DNA of 64,000 bases, from the NCBI GenBank assembly GCA_015075515.1, contig JABTUE010000002.1:533478-597477 (forward strand), written 5' to 3'. The DNA comes from Planctomycetota bacterium (GTDB lineage Bacteria; Planctomycetota; UBA8742; UBA2392). The number at the start of each line of letters is the position of its first letter. The stretch's first letter is position 1. Under the pieces are notes generated by a model. That model was not told the DNA's origin and ran no database searches. It worked only from the letters and a program-made list of their open reading frames with translations. A program made the translations under genes and the position numbers. Positions 48,201 to 54,965 of the stretch are shown in pieces.

Positions 48201-48731
48201 CCACTGAAAGGTGAGGTTCGCCGGCGTGACGATCAACGTGCGCTTTGCAAGGCCGCGAACCTTGAGCTCCTTCAGCAGCAAACCGGCCATGATGGTCTTG
48301 CCGGCGCCCGGGTCGTCGGCAAGCAGAAAGCGGATGCGCGGCAGCTTGATGAAGTAGTCGTAAACGGCCTCAAGCTGGTGTGGCAGCGGGTCCACGCGGG
48401 CGATGGAAAGCGAGAAGTAAGGGTCGTACTCGTACGCTAGGCCAAGCCGCAGCGATTCCACGCCAAGGCGGAACTGCACCGGGTCGCCATCGAACGGCGG
48501 TTGATCGGGGCTGACATTGAGTGAGGCTAGCTGGGTGGGGTCGAGGACAGGCTCATAGACCTTGCCCGAGTCCAACCCCTTGCCAACAAGCTTGACCGAG
48601 GGCCCGACGGGCATGCACACGATTACCTGCACGGGCTCTGGGAACAGAGAGCCGCGCACGATTGCTCCGGGTTTCGGCGCACTTCCGGTCATCCGCCCGC
48701 ACCAGTTGGTTCGAATCACCCATTCAGCCAT
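45270..48731 (-). CDS. SNF2-family helicase with C-terminal DUF3883-like (restriction-endonuclease-fold) domain
   Basis: Motif I LADDPGAGKTIMAG, motif II LIIVDEAHKM, helicase-C motifs VLVATEAAGEGINLQ and QRMGRIHRYGQ; C-terminal ~120 aa (IDVRFIEVKGRSG...WLYVVFN) resemble DUF3883. Confidence 0.8.
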   Translation of the reverse strand: MAEWVIRTNWCGRMTGSAPKPGAIVRGSLFPEPVQVIVCMPVGPSVKLVGKGLDSGKVYEPVLDPTQLASLNVSPDQPPFDGDPVQFRLGVESLRLGLAYEYDPYFSLSIARVDPLPHQLEAVYDYFIKLPRIRFLLADDPGAGKTIMAGLLLKELKVRGLAKRTLIVTPANLTFQWQRELKDKFRETFEIVKGDVLRANYGTNPWQDKNQVITSVSWVSRIDDARASLLRSHWDLIIVDEAHKMSAYSADKKTLAYQLGEHLSAMTDHYLLMTATPHKGDPDHFCLFLRLLDSDVYGDVKSLEEAMQRNSAPFYLRRTKEALVTFPDPDTGQIKKLFTKRNVQTAKFEIDSDEWDLYDTLTRYVEDQSIKAQAANATTGRAVGFTMAMLQRRLASSVYAARRSLERMRDKREDILKDPEGYRKRQINKKLPEDFDELPDDEQQEILAELEDVVASVDPAALREEIIELNKLIDQAKLLEQREIETKLTRLRELLIEKGIFKDPAMKLLLFTEHKDTLDYLVGKMNGWGLSVTQIHGGMKIGDRDTPGTRIYAEREFRDSAQVLVATEAAGEGINLQFCWFMINYDIPWNPVRLEQRMGRIHRYGQEKDCLIFNFVATNTREGRVLDKLFERLEQIEADLDPLRTGKVFNVLGDLFPSNQLEKLIRDMYLHNQTEESIKARIVQDVDPKRFREITESTLEGLAKKELNLSAIVGKSAEARERRLVPEVIEDFFVQAGPVVGVVPKETPAASHNYRVGRVPRHLWPMGDKLESRFGKLGREYKQIVFDKTLLSKDPTCEWVTPGHPLFETVRQTLWEQVREGLGRGAVFHDLHSPVPYHLDVFSASVKDGLGNVLHRRLFVVQATPGGELSVRQPTIFLDLTAAPKGTAAPGPDGLASREAREHALMDKCLTGFLAEVAKQRLKETNTIRRHIEISLNELIHRQQMTYAGLHDQASKLGTTPPWLIASMKQAEDRLEELNGRREQRIAELDRECQCTIGEIQHVGCAWVLPHPERTSPGVAPMVRDDEIERIAVQAVIAYEEAQGRTVESVENENRGFDLISRLPHPEDPATAIDVRFIEVKGRSGVGEVALTTNEYKTAERLKDDFWLYVVFNCGSTPQVHVVRNPARLGWKPIVTVEHYAVSAQAIKGAVNG

Positions 48732-48905
48732 CCACCGACTGCATCACAACGCCCGAGTTGGAACGAGGTTACGCCCGGTGTTTACAAGCCGGAAACACCA
48801 TACTCGGTGCTGCGACACTTTCCAAGGATGGACGGGAATCGGATCTCGCGTCGCATTCAGATGTAGGCTGTCCGGCGTAGCGGCCACCCATGCCCAGCAG
48901 GCGAC

Positions 48906-48933
48906 TATTGCAAATGCAATAGCTCCTGCAATA
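48906..48933. promoter_or_regulatory. Operator-like palindrome TATTGCA-AA-TGCAATA plus third TGCAATA half-site, immediately upstream of XRE regulator gene
   Basis: Perfect inverted repeat at 48906-48921 and repeat half-site 48927-48933, 10 nt before the ATG at 48944, in the divergent intergenic region shared with the helicase operon. Confidence 0.45.
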
Positions 48934-48943
48934 CTGGGCAACT

Positions 48944-49294
48944 ATGTGGACAGGCGCCAACATTCAGAAGCTACGACACCGCTTAGGCTGGACCATGGAG
49001 CAGATGGCCCAGGCGATGGGCGTCAACTACACGACCATTTGGCGCTGGGAGAGCGCCGTGCTGCCTCAGCTTCCCGACTGGCAGGGCGTGATTCTGAACA
49101 GGCTGGCGGCCTACGCCGACGAATGGGAGGCGAAGCAACGCGCTCAGCAGCAGGCTCAAGCTGCAAAGCAGGGCGCGGGTGATGCCCTGGGGACGATACT
49201 GGTTGCCGGCGGGCTCATCGCGTTGGCGGCAGCGCTGTTCGCCGGCGCCGCCGGTTCGTCCAAGCCGACCAAGAAACGGACGCGACGGAAATAG
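48944..49294 (+). CDS. XRE-family helix-turn-helix transcriptional regulator with C-terminal transmembrane anchor
   Basis: HTH LGWTMEQMAQAMGVNYTTIWRWE; C-terminal hydrophobic LGTILVAGGLIALAAALFAGAAG followed by KKRTRRK. Confidence 0.6.
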   Translation: MWTGANIQKLRHRLGWTMEQMAQAMGVNYTTIWRWESAVLPQLPDWQGVILNRLAAYADEWEAKQRAQQQAQAAKQGAGDALGTILVAGGLIALAAALFAGAAGSSKPTKKRTRRK

Positions 49295-49368
49295 GCGGGC
49301 TTTACGGGCTTGCCCGCCAAAGGACCTAAATGCCCGAAAACCGTTGAAAAGAAAGGAGGATCGAAACC

Positions 49369-49515
49369 ATGCGTAAGGACATCGCAAAGACAGGCAGCGC
49401 AAAGCTGGCCCCGAAGGGCCAGCTTAGGCTGACCGTGCCGCTGAAGACCGAATCACTGGTCATCGCGGGACTGTTCTGCTTCGGACTGGCGCTGCTGGTC
49501 TCCGCCGCAAAGTAG
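49369..49515 (+). CDS. 48-aa tail-anchored small membrane peptide (not in ORF track)
   Basis: ATG 8 nt downstream of AAAGGAGG; MRKDIAKTGSAKLAPKGQLRLTVPLKTESLVIAGLFCFGLALLVSAAK; followed by a strong terminator hairpin. Confidence 0.4.
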   Translation: MRKDIAKTGSAKLAPKGQLRLTVPLKTESLVIAGLFCFGLALLVSAAK

Positions 49516-49534
49516 CATCACGGCGGAAGGTGGG

Positions 49535-49576
49535 AGGGGCGCGCCAACGCCCCTCCCACTGTCATTCTGATTGAAA
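49535..49576 (+). terminator. Rho-independent terminator-like hairpin
   Basis: GGGAGGGGCG-CGCCAA-CGCCCCTCCC perfect 10-bp stem, then ACTGTCATTCTGATT. Confidence 0.55.
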
Positions 49577-49690
49577 CAAACTGAAATTCAATGGCCGTTT
49601 TATGTGGGAGTGGAGGTGGGAGCGCGCCTGCCTCTCTCGGATCGAAAACCGCCAGCCTCGGCATAAGTGCTTTGGCTGGCGGCGTTTACT

Positions 49691-49775
49691 TGGAGCGGGC
49701 GAAGGGGTTCGAACCCTCGACCACCTGCTTGGGAAGCGACAAGTACACACCTTCCCCCAACTAGACCGACTTGGC
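49691..49775 (-). other. tRNA-like 3' fragment (T-arm, acceptor 3' strand, CCA) without a matching 5' acceptor strand; candidate att-site remnant
   Basis: Minus-strand reads ...GGTCGAGGGTTCGAACCCCTTCGCCCGCTCCA, a canonical T-stem/loop/acceptor/CCA. No complementary GCGGGCG 5' strand could be found by eye. Confidence 0.4.
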
Positions 49776-49863
49776 CCAATGAGCCTCACACTGGCTTCAC
49801 GGGCTGAGTTGCGGGCGATTGACGATCCCGGATCAAAACCTTGCATGTCCCTGCTTGTCCCGG

Positions 49864-49896
49864 ATATCGTGTACATATCGTGTACATATCGTGTAC
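49864..49896. repeat. Three perfect tandem copies of 11-bp ATATCGTGTAC
   Basis: Read directly at 49864-49896, ~45 bp upstream of the integrase start codon; candidate integrase arm-type binding sites. Confidence 0.7.
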
Positions 49897-49941
49897 AACG
49901 GGGACGCCTGTCGCGTAAGCAGGCGGTCATGGGTTCAGGTC

Positions 49942-51207
49942 ATGGCGAGGTCGAGAAAACCAGCGCGGGTCGTGAAGTGGCGCGGTGTGTGGTACCTGTT
50001 CTACACGGACCACAGCACCAACCGGCAGATGCGCCTGGCATGCACCTCGTTGGGCGCGACCAACGCGGACGAACGCCGCGAGCTCCTCAACGAGTATCGC
50101 TCCAAGGAAGTCAACGATCTTGCCGAAGTCAACAAGCGCGGGGGCGGCTTGGCATACGATCGCCCGTTGATCACGGAGCTTGACAGCTACGTGGAGGCGT
50201 CGCTCAAGCGGGTATCTATTCGTGCCGCCAATCCAGAAGCGCGTAGCGGACTGAGCGCCAAGACCGGCAAGGTGATCGAGAATGTTGTGGACCACTTCAA
50301 GAAGTGGCTTATCCGAACCGGCCGAGAGCGATTGACCACGGGAAGGCTTGATGGCCCAACGCTGCGCGAGTATCGCGACGACTTGGCGGCAGAACCCGCG
50401 CGGCTTGGTCGCAAAGCCGTCAAGAGGTCCGCGCCGACCATCAACCAGTATCTGCGAACGATCAAGACCTGCCTGGTCTTCCTGCACTCAAAGCGCCCTC
50501 CTCGATTCCCAGACTTCGAGAACTTGAGGATTGCGCTGAAGCCACTGCGGGAGGATCGGAAATCCCCCGTGGCATACACGCCGGCGGAGCTTCGGGCCTT
50601 TCTGGCGGAGGCGGAGGCCCGCGAACAACCCCACAAAGTAGTGGAGGTTCAACGAACCAAGCACGACAAGCCAGAGAAGTTCCTCATGGAGACGGTCAAG
50701 ACTGCTTCCACGCCTGTTTCGCGCCTCTTTCTGGTCTTGGCGCTGATCGGATGCCGCCTGGGCGAAGCCCTGGCCCTGAGGTGGCAGGACGTTGATCTCA
50801 ATCGTGGCAGGATCACCATCCGTGCGCCCAAAACCGGACGCACGCGCTGGATTCCATTGGTGGGCGCCCCCGAGGGCGCCATTGCGCCCTCTTTGCTGGA
50901 CAGGTTGCGGCGCTGGCGTGAAGAAGACCCCAAACGCGAGTATGTCCTGCCCCACACTGGCCTAGACGCGCCCGTCTTTCCCAAGGGGGCATGGAAGGGC
51001 ACCAACCGCAACGCGGGCATCAGGGCGATCTCCCCGCAGCACCTGCGGCAGAACTTCACCAGCTACGCGGGCTCACTTGGCATCCCTGCCACGGTGGCGG
51101 CCATGTGGCAAGGGCACGGTGCAGACGTGGCTGAGAAGCACTACCGCGCCCAAGTACTCGACCGCAACGAAGGAGCTTCCTTCGACGTCGCGATGGGATT
51201 AGCCTGA
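49942..51207 (+). CDS. Tyrosine-type site-specific integrase
   Basis: C-terminal catalytic region ALIGCRLGEALALRWQDVDL (Arg I), HLRQNFTSYAG (His-x-x-Arg), HYRA (Tyr nucleophile); start at ATG 49942 rather than upstream 49819. Confidence 0.8.
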   Translation: MARSRKPARVVKWRGVWYLFYTDHSTNRQMRLACTSLGATNADERRELLNEYRSKEVNDLAEVNKRGGGLAYDRPLITELDSYVEASLKRVSIRAANPEARSGLSAKTGKVIENVVDHFKKWLIRTGRERLTTGRLDGPTLREYRDDLAAEPARLGRKAVKRSAPTINQYLRTIKTCLVFLHSKRPPRFPDFENLRIALKPLREDRKSPVAYTPAELRAFLAEAEAREQPHKVVEVQRTKHDKPEKFLMETVKTASTPVSRLFLVLALIGCRLGEALALRWQDVDLNRGRITIRAPKTGRTRWIPLVGAPEGAIAPSLLDRLRRWREEDPKREYVLPHTGLDAPVFPKGAWKGTNRNAGIRAISPQHLRQNFTSYAGSLGIPATVAAMWQGHGADVAEKHYRAQVLDRNEGASFDVAMGLA

Positions 51208-51227
51208 ATTGAGAATGAGAGGAACGT

Positions 51228-51701
51228 ATGGGCAAAGTGCCTCATAACTCCAAGGCGGCAGATGCTGAATCAGCAGTTTCGCGTAGCGCGATTCAGCTGG
51301 CTGCCGCTGTCAAGAACTTCCCCGCGCTTGACGCCGAAGAGCATTTGATACCACTTTCCGAACTTACGGAAGTGGTCACCGTAAGGACGAACCAATGGTC
51401 GTCCCGCGTTCAGCGGGCTCTGGATAAGCTCGACATCTGTGCGGCACAACTACCAGACGCAAAGCGGTCAACCACGGTACTCGCAGCCAGTGCCCGGATT
51501 GACGAACTGTTTGATCCGGTACGTCAACAAATCGCTGAAACTATTGCGGGGTACAAGGCTGGGTATCTTGCACCTCACGAACGGCGCGACGTCCTGTTCT
51601 GGTCTTGGCGGGCTATCAAGGAGAAAGCTGAACTGCTTTTAGCCTCAGCAGAGGAAATCCGCATGCTCGCACTGCGCGAAGTTCCTCTTCAAAGATCGTG
51701 A
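51228..51701 (+). CDS. Hypothetical protein
   Basis: 157-aa ORF 20 nt after integrase stop, GAGAGGAA RBS-like before ATG; no motif. Confidence 0.4.
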   Translation: MGKVPHNSKAADAESAVSRSAIQLAAAVKNFPALDAEEHLIPLSELTEVVTVRTNQWSSRVQRALDKLDICAAQLPDAKRSTTVLAASARIDELFDPVRQQIAETIAGYKAGYLAPHERRDVLFWSWRAIKEKAELLLASAEEIRMLALREVPLQRS

Positions 51702-52105
51702 CGATCGTGCTGACTGATCCGTCTCAACCCGGACGCGGCAAGAAAGGGGCGGATGTGGATTGGGGGGATGGCAGAACTTATGTGCCGCCATCCGTCGCGG
51801 AGCTAATCAAGGACGTATTCACGAACGGTGCTGGCTGGCACCCGGCTGCCGCATTCATCGGTCGTGACCGGGGTGAAGTTGTTGACGTCGTGAAGTACCC
51901 GGGTCGCAAAAGATACCAAGAGGGGCTCAAGAAGTTGATCCCGAAGTTGGCAAGGCTTGTGAACGAGGACAAGAGCAGCAAGCGCCCCAGTAAAGAGCCG
52001 CGCACCAACCGAAGGTACGTGCTCAAGGGCGGCGTGCGGGTCGAAGTAGTCGACTGTCGCTCACGCAAGGCCAAGGCCCAGCAAGATACGCCGGACACCA
52101 AGTAA
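51698..52105 (+). CDS. Hypothetical protein
   Basis: 135-aa ORF overlapping upstream stop by 4 nt; no motif. Confidence 0.4.
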   Translation: MTIVLTDPSQPGRGKKGADVDWGDGRTYVPPSVAELIKDVFTNGAGWHPAAAFIGRDRGEVVDVVKYPGRKRYQEGLKKLIPKLARLVNEDKSSKRPSKEPRTNRRYVLKGGVRVEVVDCRSRKAKAQQDTPDTK

Positions 52106-52562
52106 CGCCTTTACGGCCAATGCTTGCGGAAACAGCGACATAGGGGCTGTGGCGGACCTCGCGGGCGGCGTCAACCGAAACCATGGCCCAAGGCTCCGCC
52201 GCATCCATCATCGGCTCCTTTTCCGCCAAACCGCAGCGGTTTTCGCAAATCACCTGACTCGTGATCTGCTCCGGTCGTTGGTGCCCCCGTCACTTGATTC
52301 CGCAGCATTCGCCATTACGGCTGCATTACGGATTCAAAATCGGTCAAGTAGTTTGACCCTCGTACCCTCCTGGAACGCAGGTGGAATGCGGCTTCTGCGG
52401 TGTTTTGCGTTTCAGCGGAATTTCTTTTTGGTTACAACCGCAGCTCTCTAGAGAAGTCGCGCCGAGCGCCACAATGCCCTCACGTCAACGAGATCAAGCA
52501 GAGCTCGCTGACACGTGCGAAGGGGAACAGTTGTGGAGCAGGCACCTCGGATACCTCGACTC

Positions 52563-52772
52563 ATGACGCTTGTCCAGGCAGCGGCCGCGCTTGGTCAACA
52601 CGTCAGCGTCAAGGTGCTCCGGGCAGAAGTGAAAGCAGGGCGCCTGCGCTGCTACCGAGTACGCCCCGGAGCAAACTCGAAAATTCTGCTCAGTGAGTGT
52701 GACCTCGCGGACTGGCTTCAGAACGTCGCTGGCAGTCGCCAGAGGGCGTTTCGCCAACGCGGCGCGCACTAG
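52563..52772 (+). CDS. Excisionase/AlpA-like helix-turn-helix DNA-binding protein
   Basis: 69 aa, LMTLVQAAAALGQHVSVKVLRAEVKAGRLRCYRV resembles the Xis/AlpA HTH_17 fold; position between integrase and primase genes. Confidence 0.45.
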   Translation: MTLVQAAAALGQHVSVKVLRAEVKAGRLRCYRVRPGANSKILLSECDLADWLQNVAGSRQRAFRQRGAH

Positions 52773-52791
52773 AAATCAGGAGAAGTCAACC

Positions 52792-54837
52792 ATGGCTAAG
52801 AAGACAAATCCACCAGAGTCGTTCGAAGGGAATATTGAAGACCTTTATGAAGACGGACAACTACAGCCCAGTTCGGCCCAAGGCGACCCAGGCACATCCC
52901 AGGGTACGATGACGCCAACTTCGGACTCGCCTACGGAGTCTGCCGCAGAGGACGGCTCGAATCAGACTGCGGCTGCCGCCCCGGCCAACTCATCTACCTC
53001 CCCCAAGGACAACCCGGTCATGGCGGAGCATGACGATCAGGGTGCCCCTTCAGGAGTGGCCGGATCTGACGGCTTGAGAGCTGAGGGCGCCAATACAGGT
53101 GCCGAAAGTAACCCCGCTGACAATGAAGCTCCCCAAGGCTCCGGTGCGGATGTGGATGTGGATGTGGATGGGCCGGATGCCGCCGCTGCAGAAGGCCCTC
53201 CAAAGCCGCCGGAGGTCACGCCAGCTGTTGCTGAAGACGCACAACACATGAGCGTGGCGAATGACCACTCGGCGTCGGAAAGCCAACCTGCCGGCCCGGA
53301 CGCGAATAGTGTCGGTAGTGCTGCATCAGGAGTAGTCCCTGCAGGTTGTGCTGGACGTGGACAATCCCATCTAACCTACGACCTGCCCGTATCCGATCGC
53401 ACATCGGAGTTCGTCGACTTGATGAAGGACTCCCACAGAGTGTTTCGCGCCGAACCAGGCGGTACGGCTCCGGGCAAGCGCATACTATTGCTCGTCGGAA
53501 CGCCCCCGCATGTGCGCTTGCGCATGGCGGCGCCTGCAGAGTTGCGCCACGACCTTGCGAACTACATTGATGTCTATTCGGAAAGACTCAAGGGCTACAT
53601 TTCACTCCCTATGGAGGAGACGTTGAGCGTTCTGCACAGTGTGCACCTTTCCAGACTGCCTGCGATCACCCGTGTCGCCAACGGTGTGGCTTACAATGGC
53701 GACTACATCCAGCTGTCCGCCGGTTACGACCCGGCCACGCGGACGTATGTCACCCACAGAGTTCAGGCTGACGCGCAGGCAGTTGGCGCATTTCGACAAC
53801 TGTGTCGCGGATTCAAATTCAAGGACGAGGCCAGCTTCGTCAACCTGCTGGGATTCCTGCTCATTGCGATGCTGGGTCCCCTGATTGTGCGCGCGCCAGG
53901 CCTGATGATCATGGGCGACCTGCTGGTCGGTACTACCGCGGGCAAGACGACCTTGGCTCTGATGTTGAAGGTCATCATTGACGCTTTCTGCGCACCCCGA
54001 ATCTACACATTCCCCCACGACGAGAAGGAGTACGTCAAGTTGCTCGGCGGCATCCTCAGCGAGCCGAATGAGCGAGTTGTGGTGTTCGACAATGTCAAGC
54101 CAAAAAACGGTAACTCATACTTGGAGAATCAAACCTTTGAACAGCAGATAGGCGCCAGAGTACTGAATGTGCGTGTTCTGGGTACAAGCCATCAAATAGC
54201 CCGCATCAATGACCTTCTGTTTGTTTGTACGGCCAATGGCCCCTCCATGGCGATCGATTTTGCCAACCGATTTATCCACAGTCATTTGGAAGTGCCGGAC
54301 GGCGGAGTGCGTCCGGAGCCAATGATTGACAAGGTAAAGGAGGCCGAGGAACAACGCGAAAGGGTTCTCGCCGAGCTGGCCTACATGGTCCAAGTATGGA
54401 AGGAGAAGGGGGCGCCCTTGTCAACCAAGTGCAAGCACCGCGACCAAGCCATGGCCAGTTTGATTGGCGGCATCATGGAAGCCAACGGATACGATGCCTT
54501 CCTGGCCAACCACAGTTCTGCCCTTGCCGGGGCTACCGGTCCGTTGGTCGAGACCTACTACACCTTGGCGTCGCTGAACATGGCAAAGAAAGGTGGGACC
54601 TTCACTGCCCTTGAGTGGGTCAACCACGTTCGCGACAACAAGGCGCTAAAGCAGCACTTCCCCGCCACGGTCTCACTTCACAGCCAGCGTGCCCGCGCCA
54701 ATACCTTCCTGCAGCACGTTGCCCAAAACCCGGTAGTACTGGACGGCATCCGCTACACACTCACGGTGATCAAGAACAAGCGCAACAACAACTACTTCGT
54801 CACGGAGGAAGCCCTGCCCGGCCACGAGGCCGAGTAG
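52792..54837 (+). CDS. Phage/plasmid primase P4-family C-terminal domain plus P-loop NTPase protein, acidic disordered N-terminus
   Basis: ANGVAYNGDYIQLSAGYDPATRTYVTH...LLGFLL...GDLLVGTTAGKTTL matches the remembered P4-primase C-terminal/D5-like NTPase pattern including Walker A; AGGAGAAG RBS before ATG 52792. Confidence 0.5.
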   Translation: MAKKTNPPESFEGNIEDLYEDGQLQPSSAQGDPGTSQGTMTPTSDSPTESAAEDGSNQTAAAAPANSSTSPKDNPVMAEHDDQGAPSGVAGSDGLRAEGANTGAESNPADNEAPQGSGADVDVDVDGPDAAAAEGPPKPPEVTPAVAEDAQHMSVANDHSASESQPAGPDANSVGSAASGVVPAGCAGRGQSHLTYDLPVSDRTSEFVDLMKDSHRVFRAEPGGTAPGKRILLLVGTPPHVRLRMAAPAELRHDLANYIDVYSERLKGYISLPMEETLSVLHSVHLSRLPAITRVANGVAYNGDYIQLSAGYDPATRTYVTHRVQADAQAVGAFRQLCRGFKFKDEASFVNLLGFLLIAMLGPLIVRAPGLMIMGDLLVGTTAGKTTLALMLKVIIDAFCAPRIYTFPHDEKEYVKLLGGILSEPNERVVVFDNVKPKNGNSYLENQTFEQQIGARVLNVRVLGTSHQIARINDLLFVCTANGPSMAIDFANRFIHSHLEVPDGGVRPEPMIDKVKEAEEQRERVLAELAYMVQVWKEKGAPLSTKCKHRDQAMASLIGGIMEANGYDAFLANHSSALAGATGPLVETYYTLASLNMAKKGGTFTALEWVNHVRDNKALKQHFPATVSLHSQRARANTFLQHVAQNPVVLDGIRYTLTVIKNKRNNNYFVTEEALPGHEAE

Positions 54838-54965
54838 GCGCACGTTCCCGGTGACCGGAGGCCTTCCGGCTTCCGGTCACCGGGGCGGGAAAGCCCTCAG
54901 AAATGCAGTGAGTGCAGTGGTCTCAGTTGTTTTTGCACTGCGGCCCCGGCGATCAAGGAGAAGCC

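Noticed and set aside
49691-49775. Calling the tRNA-like element a complete tRNA gene
   Set aside because: Only the T-arm, 3' acceptor strand and CCA are convincing; the expected GCGGGCG 5' strand and a clean anticodon stem were not found, so it is reported as a fragment.
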